A DNA stretch of 64,000 bases from Camelus ferus (taxonomy: Eukaryota): contig NC_045696.1 in the NCBI RefSeq assembly GCF_009834535.1, positions 88,290,001 through 88,354,000 on the forward strand, given 5' to 3'. Position numbers and translations under genes: made by a program. The notes beneath the pieces were generated by a model, which did not search any database, was not told the origin of the DNA, and saw only the letters and a program-made list of their open reading frames with translations. Each line of letters begins with the position of its first letter. Position 1 is the stretch's first letter. Positions 50,290 through 63,744 of the stretch are shown here, one piece after another.

Positions 50290-50740
50290 CGTGACGGTTA
50301 ATTTTATGTGTCAATCTCAGTGATCATGCGTGCCTAGATTAAGCATTATTTCTAGGTGTGTCTGTGAAAGTGTTTCTGGATAAGATCAGCATTTGAATTG
50401 GTGGACTCAATAAAGCACGCCGTCCTCCCCAATACGGGTAAGCATCATCCCATTCTTTGAAAGTCTGAAAAGAACAAAAGGTAGAAGAAGGAAGGAGGAA
50501 TTTGCCCCTTTTTCCCCTGCCTCACTGCTTGAGCTGGGATGACTCATCTTACCTTCTCCAGCCCTTGGATTGGGATTTACATCATCAGCTCCCTGGTTCT
50601 TAGACCTTTGGACTTGGACTAAATTATACCACTGGCTTTCCTGGGTCTCCAGTTTGCAGACAACAGATCCTGGGACTTCTCAGTTTCCATAGTTGTGTGA
50701 ACCAATTTCTCATCATATATATATATAGATATAGTTAGAT

Positions 50741-50801
<61 letters not shown>

Positions 50802-50889
50802 TAGATAGATATCCTACTGATTATATCTATATCTATATCTATATAGTTATCCTACTGGTCTGTTTCTCTGGTGAACCCTGACTACTGCA
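50290..50889 (+). mobile_element. MLT2 (ERVL) LTR containing an expanded (GATA)n
   Basis: gtgacggttaattttatgtgtcaa...tctgtttctctggtgaaccctgacta. Confidence 0.85.
50725..50812. repeat. (GATA)n/(GACA)n tetranucleotide microsatellite
   Basis: Directly visible. Confidence 0.95.
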
Positions 50890-51155
50890 CTTGGGAAGGG
50901 TGAATGTGAACACACTAGAGGAAGCAGCAGTGGGGAGCAGCACTGCTCGACTCTGAAGGGAAGATAAGATGATCAGGTTCGTCAAGCTGTTGTTGCATCA
51001 CAGATTACTATGGGTAGTAGGACTGCTGGGAGTTCCTGAACAACACTGAACAGTGTTCTCACTGAGAGAGGACTGCTGAACATCTCAGCCATGGATGTAC
51101 TGGGGGCTGGAGGGAGCCCCCTCTCCCCCAGTTTGCCAGGTTTACTATTAACCTT

Positions 51156-51656
51156 TGTGGTAAGCTGAATAATGGTCCTGCAAATATGTCCATATGCTAA
51201 TTCCCAGACCCTATGAATATGTTACCTTACATGGCAAAAGGGACTTTACAGATATAATTAAATTAAGGATCTTGAAGTAAGATGATTCTGGATTATCCAG
51301 ATTGACCCAATATAATCACAGTGGTACTTACAAGAGGCAGGCAGGAGGAGTCAGAGTCAGAGAGAAGGCAATGTGATATCAGAAACAGGAACTAGAGTGA
51401 TAAACTTGAAAGATGAAGAAGAGGCCACAAGCCAAGAAAGCCAAGCAAGGTAACCAGCCGTAGAAGCTGCAAAAAGCAAGGAAATGGACTCTCCCTGCAG
51501 AACTGCCAGAGGAACCAGCCCTGCTGACACCTGACTTTAGCCCAGTGAAACTGATGTGGCACTTCTGACCTCCAGGACTGTACAGGATAAACTTCTGTTG
51601 TTTTAAGGCACTCAGTTGGAGGTAATTCGTTACAACAGCAATAGGAAACTAGTACA
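51156..51656 (+). mobile_element. MaLR LTR (MLT1D-like), near full length
   Basis: tgtggtaagctgaataatgg...cagcaataggaaactagtaca. Confidence 0.88.
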
Positions 51657-54600
51657 AACATTTTTGTCCCCACTCCCCTTTAACACTGCAGGCCACCTTA
51701 TGCCTTAGGCTCATTTAGGAACAGACAAGGCAGTGTGATGCAAGTTTCTGCATGAGCACACACGAGGAAGAGCAAGACATCCACTCAGTACCTGGGATAA
51801 GAGCTGAAGTGGGAAGACAGAAAATTGAAACTCACTGGTCGCCTAAGTGGAGTGAGTGCTGAGAGCAGAAAGCCTAGTTTTAAAGGGCTGATTCACGAGC
51901 AGGGGATGAGGAACTCAAGACAGCCAGTGAGTATGGACTATGCGGGCACACTGCCTGTCATCAAAGGAAACCAATTTGTCTGTCCATAAATTCTGGAAAG
52001 AACAAAGCACTGGATTCTTATATAAAGGGAAATTCATAATAAAACAGATAATGTCTTCAAGCAGCAAAGAAGACAAATAGAGTCAGAATATATTACTTAT
52101 GGTAATTTAAATTAATTTTTTTAAAAAAAGAGTTTAGACCCCCTGAATAAATTACCAAAAGTTATTCAAGGGAAATGGCCTCACACCTTAGAAAAGCTGG
52201 CTTTAAAAACCAATGCAATAGCAGTGACTTCTAATTTTGTCTTTAAACAGAGAGAAACTGAACAATCTTCCCTGTGTGGACAGGGCCTGCATCTGTTTAT
52301 GCAACTACTAAATCTCTGGATTATGACAGGTAGGGTAGACTGGAAAATTTATTTTCTCAGTGTAAGTAGCTGACAGCACTGACAGCAGAGAGTTCAGTTC
52401 TAAACTTTACTACAGATCCTGGTTTGTGTTTTGTGAGACAACCAAATAATCTGATATATTTGTACTGATTAGAGACTAATTATACTGCATATTGTTCATT
52501 TTTTTTAATAGAATGTTGATAGACACAGAGAGTAGACCACATCCATGTAGAATTCTAACAACTCATTTTTCTGAAAAAATGAGTGGATATTCTGACTGAT
52601 TAGGTTTCCATCTTTAGGAATCATGAGATCCTAGGTCTTCCTTTCACAAGGCCCCAATACCAGGGGCAAAATGTAGGGAAGAGATTCAGACTTTCAACTC
52701 CTCCCACTGACAACGCATAGCACTTTCTAATCCCACACTTCCCAGAATATTCCTTAGCCCAGGAACTCAGGATTAAAAAAATATTTATTCTCCTTCTCTC
52801 ATTATTTTTGTCATTCTTTGTATTTTATTACTTTTATTCTCTTAACTCAGCTTAATTATTGTTTTGGGCTTCCCTACTGCTGGGCATCAGGCCAGGGCCC
52901 CTACCCTCTGTTCATGCTGGAATCCTAGAATCTTGGACAGTGGAAGGCAGTCAGGGAAAGACCGACTCAGAGACATCCAACCTCGAGGTGGCATTTCAGA
53001 GTCTTCCCACTGCTGTCCTAAACTTCCAGGGTACTGCGTGCCTCTGTGAAACTGCCCCAAGCAGCTTTCTCAACTCTAGAATCTTGCCACCCGCCCAACA
53101 CCCTGCCTAGAAATTAAGCAAGCATTTAAGAGAAATGTAACCAGCTTTCTGGGTTCAATATTCAGCTCTGATACCTACTAACTATGAGATCAGCAAATTA
53201 TGTAACCTCTCTGTCTCAATTTTATTTGTTAGCTGGGAACATGGTATCTAACACAACCCGTTGTAAGAACTGAATACATGCCGTGCGCTTAGAACAGGGT
53301 ATGGTATACCAGAATCTCATACATTTTGCTGTGTACTAAAATGAAAGCTCCATGAGGGCAAGGATCTTTATGTATCTGTTCACTGCTCTTAGAACAGCTC
53401 ATGGTGTATACAGAAGTGAATGAATGAATGAATGAATGAATGTTGAGAGAGTCAGGGCATGTTTCTTCTCTGCCCCTTCAGAGGGGAGAACTGCAGAGTT
53501 CTGTTTTCCTTATGTTCCCTCTGCAGCCCTGGGAAATCTCTCTTTAGTCTCAGAGAAATCTTTATTCTTTGGGGTTTCTGGCAAACATGTTATTTATGTG
53601 TTTTCTGCCCCACACCTTCCCCATCTCTGCTCCCAAAGCTTGCTTTTCTCCCTACCGTATCCCTCCAGGGAAGCAAAGAACATACTTAACTACCCTGCTT
53701 CAAGGGAAGGAACGGAGAGGAAGAAACATAGAAGAAAACCAAATGTTAAAAATCTCAGAAGTATCCCATCCCAAGAGCTTTAACTCATTTTCTTTTTAAA
53801 CTTTTAGTTTCTGATGAATGAGTTCAAGGGTTGTGCAAAATTTTAAGGCTTTTTCTTGTAATCATTATATGAAATGCACACATGCCTGCTCACACCAGCT
53901 GAATCCAATTTGTGTGTGACTGACTCATGGCCTCATTACCACGTTGCCTTCCTAGTCAGAACAGAGTTTCTTCCTGGCTCCCTTGGACAGGATGGGGCTG
54001 GCTCTTGGGTAACCAAGTCATTGAAGTCGTATGAGTGAGCAATTTGCCTTCTTTGATAACAGCTCTACTCTGGCTGTTAACAGCCCACACCTACACGTAC
54101 CACATGTACTTTCTAAACAGAGGTGGGGCAAGCACAGTAATGGCAGCTTCCTGCCAAGTCCGACGTCACAGTAATGCTCTCCTCCTCCACCTCCCTCCCA
54201 CCTGGTTTGCCATCTTCAGCTCTAGGCAGTGTGGACAGCTACCAGTCTCCTATTTATTAGCCAAAGCAGTCTGGGTTCCTTTGCCACAAGACACACCCAG
54301 GAAGGTTCGTCTGCCCATATCCAGTTACACCAGCTTTGCTGCCAGCTGGAAGCCTCCCAGCCCTCATGTTCGTGAAGAGCCCTAAAGTCTGGGCCCAAAG
54401 TTAACTTGGCTTCGTCTGGGACAGCAGCACCAGAGCCAACAATTTTTCACTAACATATAATGAGATTGTTAAACACTCCATTTCAAAACAGACCTGAAGT
54501 TGGTTTAGGGTTTTCTTTTTGAAGCAAGATGTACTTTCTGGATCTTAGTTTGCCTAGGTATGGCTGACATTAGAGTCTAGTCTAAGCGGTGCTGCCTGTT

Positions 54601-55066
54601 GCTGAAGATGGTGAACCGTCTTACTGATGATAAAGACACCTCTCCTTCAGCCTAAGTGTTTTCCAGGGTTCACTATTATACCGTATTTACATGGTAGATA
54701 TTGGTAAGGATTGGAAATGACATAAAATGGAGGTAAGAGCCCTGGACTGAAGTCCCAATCATGGCCTAGTCACTATTAGCCCTTGGAAAATTAAGTGGCC
54801 TTGTCTGGATCCAATTTCCCCATCTGTACATTATGAGACATTTTTGAAATATTTTCATATTGTACCATTATCTTTGCCTATGGCAGCCCACTCACTGACT
54901 CTGTAGCATCCATCCCTTTGGTAGGACAGATACCATCTAGAACAAAGCATCAGCTTCCATGCCCAAATTTGTTTATTAAGATTCTTATCAAAAAATAGTA
55001 ATGCACTAATTCTAAAATCTCTAAATCCGTTCAGCTTCTTTTATATAACATAAGCAAACCTTGGAG

Positions 55067-55184
55067 TAGGGTGGCCAACTCATTTTGATTTGCCCAGGAC
55101 TTTCCCAGTTTTAGCACTGAAAGTCCCACATCCCAGAACTGCCCCCCTCCCCCTTAGTCCAAATCAGGGTCACTGGTCACTCCA
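55067..55184. mobile_element. MER81-like hAT MITE
   Basis: tagggtggccaac...ttttagcactgaaagtcccacatccc...tggtcactcca with imperfect terminal inverted repeats. Confidence 0.7.
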
Positions 55185-55289
55185 CTTAGAGGTCTGGACC
55201 CACAGTTTAATTATGAGCTATAGTGTAGAGATTATTTAAGAAAGAAGAGAAAGACTGGTGAGAACGTGAGCTCCAGGAGGAGTGGGTGC

Positions 55290-55812
55290 TTCAGTCATCT
55301 ATGAACAAACCACTCCAAAAGAGTAACTTAAAATAAGAGCAGTTGTTTACTTTGCTCATGAATTTGAGCATTGAATGAGCTTAGGTAGGTGCTTCTCACT
55401 CAGGGTGCAGTCAGATAGTGGCTGAAACTGACACTTCTTAACTTGCATGTTGGCCCCTGGGTCGGGCACACATGCACACCTAACAGCTCAAGCTCCTCAG
55501 ATCTCTCTCTCTCCCCTGCTCCCTCTCTCTCTTCCTCTCATCTCTCCCCACAGTCTCCCCAAATGGTGGCCTCAGGGTAGCTGGACTTCTCACATGGTGG
55601 CTGAAGGCTCCCACAGCAAGTCCCAAGAGAAACTGGCAGAAATGGAATGGCCTTTTCTCATCCAGCCTTAGGTCACACTGCATCACTTCTGCCATGTTCT
55701 TTTCGTCAAGGAAGTCACAAATGTCCACCCAGGTTCATGAAAAGTAACACAGACTCCATCTCTTGTTGGAAAGAGCATCGAGGAATTTGCAGACACACTT
55801 TAAAACCACCAT
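55290..55812 (-). mobile_element. Old MaLR LTR (MLT1-type)
   Basis: acaaaccactccaaaa...ggacttctcacatggtggctgaaggctcc...catcacttctgccatgttct. Confidence 0.65.
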
Positions 55813-56739
55813 AAGGAAGAAGGACACCTACTTCTTCCAGCTCAGAGAATTTACCAGAAATAGAAGAGAGGTCGGGGAAGCAAGTTGTCAGGTGCATATA
55901 TGTTAGGGATCACCAGCACACCTCCCTAGACCGTAAGATCTGAGGGGCTAGTGTCAGACAGGACAAGAGTCAAGAAGAAAGCCAAAAGTAGAGAAGCCTC
56001 TACCACTTCCCATTCACAACTCTGGGAAGATTTCACCATGTAGGGCACCAACAGTGAATGATGCAACAAAGTGAAAATGGCAGCAGAGCCGGGTAGGTAA
56101 TGAGAGCATTAGTTACCCGGAGCCTTCCTTGTGGCACAGAGGAAACTTAGAGGTTCCTGCCTGCCTCTTGAAGGATGTGGGAAGATGATGTTGCTGCTGG
56201 CAAAGATGCCATAGAGGAATGATGAGGTCATGCTGAAGTGCTTTATACTGGGAATCAAAGGAGTCCTCAGACCTTAGGGAGAAGAAACTGTGGAATCAGA
56301 GAAAATGGAAGTAGGGTGACTGCAGGAAAGACCTCTGGGCCAACTGAACCCAGAGAACAGACTAAGAGTTCTCCAGAGACAGGTAAGTAAAGTGTCCCCC
56401 AACCTTGTCACCTGACCAGATGCACAAGGACGAGACAAGAGCTCCGGCTCCATCTGTCATAATGGAGGCAGGAGGAGCCAGAGGGCAGCAGACAACTGCT
56501 GTGGTGTGTGGACCTACGGCTTCTCTTCCCTGACATCTTGCAAATACTATGGAGTCAACTGAAAGTGATGAATATACCACAAATAGGCAGGTTTAAATTC
56601 CTGGTCCCTTCTTTCAGTCTCAACTCCTATTCAGAGTGGCATCTGTGAGAAAAATCAGGTCAGCTATAGAGAGAGAAAAAGCAGTATTTCTTTTTGCACA
56701 TCCAAGATACAGTGTTAAACCTGTTCCTGAGCGATATGA

Positions 56740-58420
56740 AAAATAGAAACCACTCTTTTGATTGCCTCGCTCCCTGTCCTGCAGCCACAATAGCTCCTGT
56801 TGCTCACCTCTGACCTTCCAAGCTGTTTCCCCTCTTTGTGCCTCTGTACCTATGGTTCCCTCTATCTGGAATGTTCTCTCTGCTGGCTCTTCGTACCTTT
56901 CATATCTCACCTTAAATGTCAACTTCTGAGTGAGGCCTTCACACACTGCTCTACCAAAATGGGCTTACTCCTGTTTTTCCCGATCTCAATACCTACTTAT
57001 TTTTTCTAATGAATGACTCTTCACCCCACCCACACTGCTCCCAACCTGCTCCTCACCAGACCTGCCCATCTCAGGAAATGGTCCTACTCAATCGCTTAAG
57101 CCAGAAACCTCAGTCCTTCTGAGTCCTTCTCATTTGGCCTCAAACCCAGATCCAGTGGAACTGTAGTCCTAACAGTCCTGTCTCCAAATCTGTATCCTAC
57201 ATCCATTCACTTGTTTGCCTCACCTCTGCCACCACCTTCCATTTAGGCCAGAACCTTCTTGCCTGGCCTGACTGCAGTGCTAGTCTCTCTGCTTCTGCTC
57301 CTGCCTCTCTACCATTCCACATCACACCCGACAAAATATCTTTAAAATATAAATCAGATCCTGCAACTCCTGTGTTTAAACCTTCAAGGGCCTCAAAAGC
57401 CTTTCCCTGGGCCCACAAGGCCTGCAGAGTCAGCCCTCAAGCTCTTCAGCAACAATCACATCTCCTTCCCTAGGCACTGGTCTGCTTTGGACTCTGAACC
57501 TGCCAGTCACCTTCCTGCCTTTGGGGCCTCGGCTATTCCTCTACCATGACAATTTTCCCCAGTGCCTTCACATAGATGGTGTAATGGAACAGGACCCTAG
57601 GGGGCCTTCCTGGGACAGATGCCTTCCCCATATCCTCTGCTTTAGCCACTCTCTGATGTACCTAGATAATAGTATCTGATGCACATTTCCTGAGTTATTT
57701 TACAGATGTGAAAACCCCCACCAAATGGAAGACACCAAATGGAAGACAAATTAGCTGCTTGATAACCTTGAGCACACAGCCCCCAGACCGACTGGAGCCT
57801 AAGGATTGATGATGTTAACCCCTGTGACACTGCCCTGTACCTCACCATCAACCAGAGGACTGTGCACAGCTGATCACATACCCTGCAACCCTCTTCCCTC
57901 ACCTGGGCTTTAAAAATGCTTTGCTGAAACCCATCCAGGAGTTTGGGCTTTTTCAACACTAGCTGTCTCAGACTCCTTGGAAGGCACCTTACAATAAACA
58001 CTGTCTTTCACCATAATCCAGTGTCGGTACATTGGTATTGAGCTGGGGCAAGTGGACCCCAGTTTGGTTCAGTAACGATTCTCCTTTTCATCATTCAGGC
58101 TTCAGCTTAAATGTCATCTCCTTGAAAGGCTTAAATGTCATCTCCTTGGAAGGCTCTCCCTGAGCTCTTCCACCCCCATCAGACAGTTCCTCTCCCTGGG
58201 CTTCTTTTCTTTACAACACTTGACACTGTGATGAAATAGGCAGTACCTTTGTTTCCTCTTTAATTATCTAGTCCCTCCTTCACAAACACACTTAGGTAAG
58301 CTCCCTGGTGCAGGTCCCTATATCCCCAACACCCAGAACAATATCTACTGCCAAAATAGAGCACTTACTAATAGGTACTCAGAAGGTATTGAATAAACAA
58401 CCAAATGAATGAATGAATAT
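56740..58420 (+). mobile_element. Degraded L2 LINE fragments (host of the 57580 LTR)
   Basis: Pyrimidine-rich L2 3' motifs (cttaaatgtcatctcc, tgaatgaatgaa tail). Confidence 0.55.
57580..58077 (+). mobile_element. Solo LTR (ERV1-like) inserted in an L2
   Basis: Starts tgtaatggaac, TATA-like tttaaaaa near 57910, AATAAA near 57993, ends ...tcagtaacg. L2-like sequence on both sides. Confidence 0.7.
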
Positions 58421-59777
58421 CTTGAAAACAAGTTATTCTCCGAGGAAGAGGAACATTTTCTTCTAATTGTTTCCTAACCTGGTGAAACAAGGCTACTGAA
58501 TAAGGTGATTGTCAGGGCTCATTTCAGCCAAGTGTCTGAGAGTTTTTTCTGTAATTGCACGTGCATTCTAATGGTTGGCTCTGTAAGGGCATCTTTTCTA
58601 TACAGAGAGTTTAAGGGCTCTTTCTATCTTCTCCTAAAGTACAAATTGTGTCTGCCAAAATAAAGTAAAACTTCACAAGGTAAATAATACAATTAACACT
58701 GAATAAGATAAGGTAGGCCCAAGTAAAATGCAAACCCCTCATTTCAACAAATGATGAATTAAATTGCCTGAGCACCAGGTCTGTTTACATCTGACATTTA
58801 GCTTTCCTTTGGAATTTGGCTCCTCTGGACTGGAGCGTGAATTTAAGTAAACTGAAAAAAAAACCAAACAAACAAACAAAAAAAACCAGAATCAAAACTC
58901 TGTTAACTACAAATGGTTCGTTGTGTCCCTACCTGGGGCAATATTCTTTATTGTCAGCAGTACTTGGTTTTCAACTCTGATTCATTTTTCAAGTTCTTCC
59001 TGATTGAAAAAAAAAAAAAGAAAAAGAAAAAGAAAACTTTGAGGGTAGAAGAAATACTCTTTTATTTTGGCAGAGTTTCCAGCTACATGACCGCAAGTTG
59101 GTACTTCTAGGCAAATGGCAATAGGACCCAGGACTTCAAGTTTTCTCTCAAAGCATTTCTCTTTGAAGAACTACAAAGTGACTCTAAATGCTCTTTAAGC
59201 TTCAAAAATAAAAGCACATTTTAAGCCAGTCCCCACGGTGAATTTTTACCATATATAAATACATCTAACTTCATAGGCTAAAGGCATGAAAGAATAAGTT
59301 CAGAGAAAAAGAAATTTGATTAAGAAAATACTAACAAAAAGAATCTAGGATATACATTAAAAAAAAACTTCCTTACTCTCTTCTGTACCTTCAGAATCAG
59401 ATCCATTCTTCAAGGTTCACTTCAGAAATCACCTTCTCCAAGAAATTTTCCCCCAGACTCTCAGGCCACTTTAAAATCTCCTTCCTCTCAATTTCTGCCA
59501 CACTCTCTTGTAATGATTCAATTTATTTAACTCAGAGATTATAGATGGTTGTTTACATGCTCACCTCTTAGTAGACAATGTATCATTCACAGAACTATCT
59601 ACCCTACTGCCCATAAGCGCCTAGACGGTAAGGACTCCCTCTAAGCCACCGAGAATGTTCAGCAAAGCCTAAATTCACATTCATTTTTATGTTCAAAATC
59701 ATTATTGCCTTTAATCAAATTATTAATAAATACAGATACTTCCAAGTGTTTTATAAGCGTTTTACTCACTACCTAGG

Positions 59778-61667
59778 TTTTTTTAACTTTTTATTTTGAA
59801 ACATATATAGTACCCTTCACCCAGCTTCCCCCAATGTGACATCTTGAATACAATATCAAAACAGGAAACTGACATCGGTATGATACTGTTAACAAGACTA
59901 CTGACTGTGTTCAATTTTCATCAGTTTTTACATGCACTCATTTGTATGTGTTTCTATGCAGTATATGCATGTGCAATCCCATGTATATATACTTAGGTAG
60001 CTACCACCACAATCAAGATATGGATCTGTTCCATCATCACAAGGGATCCCTCTCATACTTTGTTAATATTCACATCCCCTCCCAACCATATCCCTGCCCC
60101 ATGGCAACCACTAGTCTGTTCCCCATGTATAGTTTTGTCATTTTGAGAATGTTAATATAAATGGAATTATAAAGTATATGTAAGACCTTCAAAGGTTTTA
60201 AAGTAATAAACCTCTTAATAGTGATTTTTTCCCCTTGAGCATAATGCCCTTGAGATCCATCCAGGTTATTGTGTGTGAAGTTCATTACTTTTTATTGCTG
60301 AGTAGTACTCCATGGTATGAATGTATCAGAGTTTGACTTTTCCCAGTTTGGAGCTACTACAAATAAAGCCACTATAAACATTCATGTATAGATGTTTGTG
60401 TGAGTATCAGTTTTCCTTTATCTGGGATGAATGCCCAAGAGTGCCACTGCTGGGTCATTATGGTAAATGCATGTTCTGTTTTATAAAAAAAACTGCCATA
60501 CTATCTTCCAGAGAGGCTATGCCACTCCCATCAGTGATATATGAGAAATACAGTTTTTCTGCATTCTCTCCAGCTTTTGATATTATCACTATTTTTAACT
60601 CATCTTATAGGTGGGATATCTTGTTGTCGTTTTAATTTGCATTTTCCTGATGGCTAATAATGTTGAATATATTCATGTGTTTATTTTCCATCTGTATCTC
60701 CTTTTTGGTGAAATATTTCTTAGTCTTTTGCCCGTTTCTTTCTTCTTTGTGTGTGTGTGTGTGTGTGTGTGTATATAATTGAAGTATAGTCAGTTTACAA
60801 TGTTGTGTCAATTTCTGATGTACAGCACAATGCATCAGTCATACATGAACATATATTCATTTTCATATTCTTTTTCACCATAAGTTACTACAAGATATTG
60901 AATATAGTTCCCTACACTATACACTATGAACTTGATGTTTATCCATTTTATATATATTAGTTATTATCTGCAAATCTCAAACTCCCAATTTATCCCTTCT
61001 CACCCCTATCCCTCCTGGTAACCAAAAGTTTGTTTTTTATGTCTGTGAGTCTGTTTCTATTCTGTAAATAAGTTCGTTTGTATTTTTTTCTTTAGATTCC
61101 ACATGTAAGTGATGTCATGTAATATTTGTCTTTCTCTGTCTGACTTACTTCACTTCGTGTGATAATCTCTAGGTCCATCTATGTTGCTACAAATGACAAT
61201 ATTTCATTTTTATGTCTGAATAATATTCCATTATATACATACATACATACATACATACATACACTTACACATACACACACTACAACTTTTTATCCAGTCA
61301 TCTGTTGATGGACACTTAGGTTGCTTCCATGTCTTGGCTATTGTAAATAGTGTTTCCAGCACAAAAGTTTTTAATTTTGATGCTGTCCAATTTATCAGCT
61401 TTTCCTTTTATGGATAGTGCTTTTGGTGTAATTTCTAAGAACTGTTTACTTAGCCCTAGGTCTAAAAGATTTTCTCCTATGCTTTCTTTTAGAAGTGTTT
61501 ATCGGTTTACATTTTACATTGAAATTTGATTCATTTTGGATTAATTTTTGTATAAGATATGGGGAGAAGGTCATAGTTTATTTTTTTGCCTATGGATGCC
61601 CAACTGCTACAGTGCCATTTGTTGAAAAGACTATCTTTCCTCCATTGAATTGCTTTGACTCTTTGCA
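59778..61667 (-). mobile_element. Old antisense L1 interrupted by a younger antisense L1 (~60776-61353)
   Basis: Old L1 3'UTR/ORF2 end (VKAIQWRKDSLFNKWHCSSW on the - strand) on both sides of a young L1 tail. Confidence 0.8.
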
Positions 61668-61771
61668 GTAAGGTCTTTCTTGGTTCACGAGGCAGAACAT
61701 AAGAGGCAAATAATAATGGTGCCCACCACACACCAGGCCCTGCCTGTGCTGGGCCCCTCAAAACATCTCCA

Positions 61772-62428
61772 AAACTATAATTTGAAAAGACACATGCACC
61801 CCAATGTTCACAGCAGCACTATTTACAATAGCCAAGACATAGAAACAACCTATATGTCCATTGACAGGTGATTGGATAAATGGATATATATGTGGTATAC
61901 ATATATAATGGAATATGACTCAGCCATAAAAAAGAATAAAATAATGCCATTTGCAGCAACATGGATGGACCTGGAGATCATCACTCTAAGTGAAATAAGC
62001 CAGAAAGAGAAAGAAAAATACCATATGATATCACTCACATGATACGTGGAATCTGAAAAAAAAAAGAGAGAGAGAGACACACACACAAATGAATATATTT
62101 ACAAAACAGAAATTGATTCACAGACATAGAGAAAAATACATGGTTACCAGGGGATAAAAGGAGTGGGAAGAGATAAATTGGGAGTTGGAGATTTGTAGAT
62201 ACTAACTACTATATACAAAATAGATAAACAACAAGCTTATACTATATAGCACTGGGAACCATATTCAATACCTTGTAGTAACCTATATTGAAAAAGAATA
62301 TGAAAACAAATATATGTATGTTTATGTGTGACTGAAACATGCTGTTCACCAGAAATTGACACAATATTGTAAACTGACTATACTTCAATAAAAAAGAATG
62401 CAAATTTAAAAAACAAAAACAAAACAAA
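61772..62428 (+). mobile_element. Young L1 3'-end fragment inserted in a MIR
   Basis: aaagacacatgcaccccaatgttcacagcagcactatttacaatagccaagac...ctatacttcaataaaaaa. Confidence 0.88.
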
Positions 62429-62452
62429 GACATCTTCTCCAGGCCTCACAGA

Positions 62453-62955
62453 TGTTACTGGAGAGTAGGTTCTTGTTTCATCACAGAAAGAATTCAGAGA
62501 GGAGACATGGAGGACAAAAAAGCAAAGCAAGGATTTAGTAAGCAACAGTACACTCTCAGAAGGAAGAGCAGGCAGGCTCAGGTGAGCAGATGCTCTGAGT
62601 TCCTTTGGCAAGCTGGTTATATGGGGTGTGAAAATGACTGGGCAGAATATTCATTGGGGAGGGAGGGGTTTGGGTCATCTTTCCTGGTTTTCGTCCCAGT
62701 CCGCCTTCCTGAGGGGTGGGGGAGTTTTTGTCCTTATTTGGTCTTGCCTGGAACTGTCATGGCATTGGTGCGTGATGGGTACTTCTCATTTGCAATGCTA
62801 ATTTTATTATAATGAGGGCATAATGAGTAAAAAGGCTATATTTGGATGCTGGAGATTCCTACCTTTCTTTGTTTGCCTCTAGGATGCCTGTCACCACAAG
62901 ATGTACCTGATGCCTCCCTTCTCTGCTCGTATCTAGCTAACTGTCTGCTCTGACA
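62453..62955 (-). mobile_element. Solo LTR of the same family as 42267-42924, inserted in a MIR
   Basis: Reverse complement begins tgtcagagcagacagttagctagatacgagcag, similar to tgttagagtgggcagatagctagatgtgagcag. Shared gctcacctgagcctgcctgctct segment. TG...CA termini. Confidence 0.8.
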
Positions 62956-63744
62956 ACAGCATATCTGCTCTTATTCCCATTTTACAGTTAAGAAAACTGA
63001 GGGTCAGAGAGGTTAAGGGGCCTGCCCACCAGACAGCTAAAAGGATAAAGAGAAAATTAAGCGATGATGACACAGCTTTGTTCCTCCATTTCTGTCCCAA
63101 TAAAATTATTTAAAATCACTTTTGTTTCAGTCCCTTGAAAATAAAGATAATTAATAACTCATGTTATTTCCTAGATTCCTCCTGACATGTTAGATGAGTA
63201 AAATTGACACAGATCCTAAATATTTTATTGTAATATAGAAATCAACATTTTGAGACCAATGTATGGCTACAACTCTTATGAAAATCATGTGAATTTCATA
63301 GGAAATAGTTTTGTCTATTTTCTTCTCAATTAAGAGGGAACAGTTTTGTATTTTTAACTGAGACAAATGAAAGGAATGTTTATAACAAATATGACCCAAT
63401 CTGAATGTCAGTAATAAATAAACAACTCATGTAATCCTGTGGGTTTAACACAAACAAATTGCCCAGACAATGCACAAAGGAAAAAATACAAATTTTTACC
63501 AAACATATGGAAGCTCATCAATAATAAAGCAAATTCAAAGTAAAACAATGATATCCCACATTTTACATATTGAATAAGTAGAAATTTTTAAATTTAAATA
63601 CTTGATGTTGGTTAAGTGTGACAATGAGCATTCTCATCCACTGCTGGTAGAACTGCATATCAGCATAACCTTTCTAGAAAGTGATTTGGTGAGGTGAATA
63701 AAGATCCTTCAACAATATGCTCTTTGACTATGGCAGATTAAATA

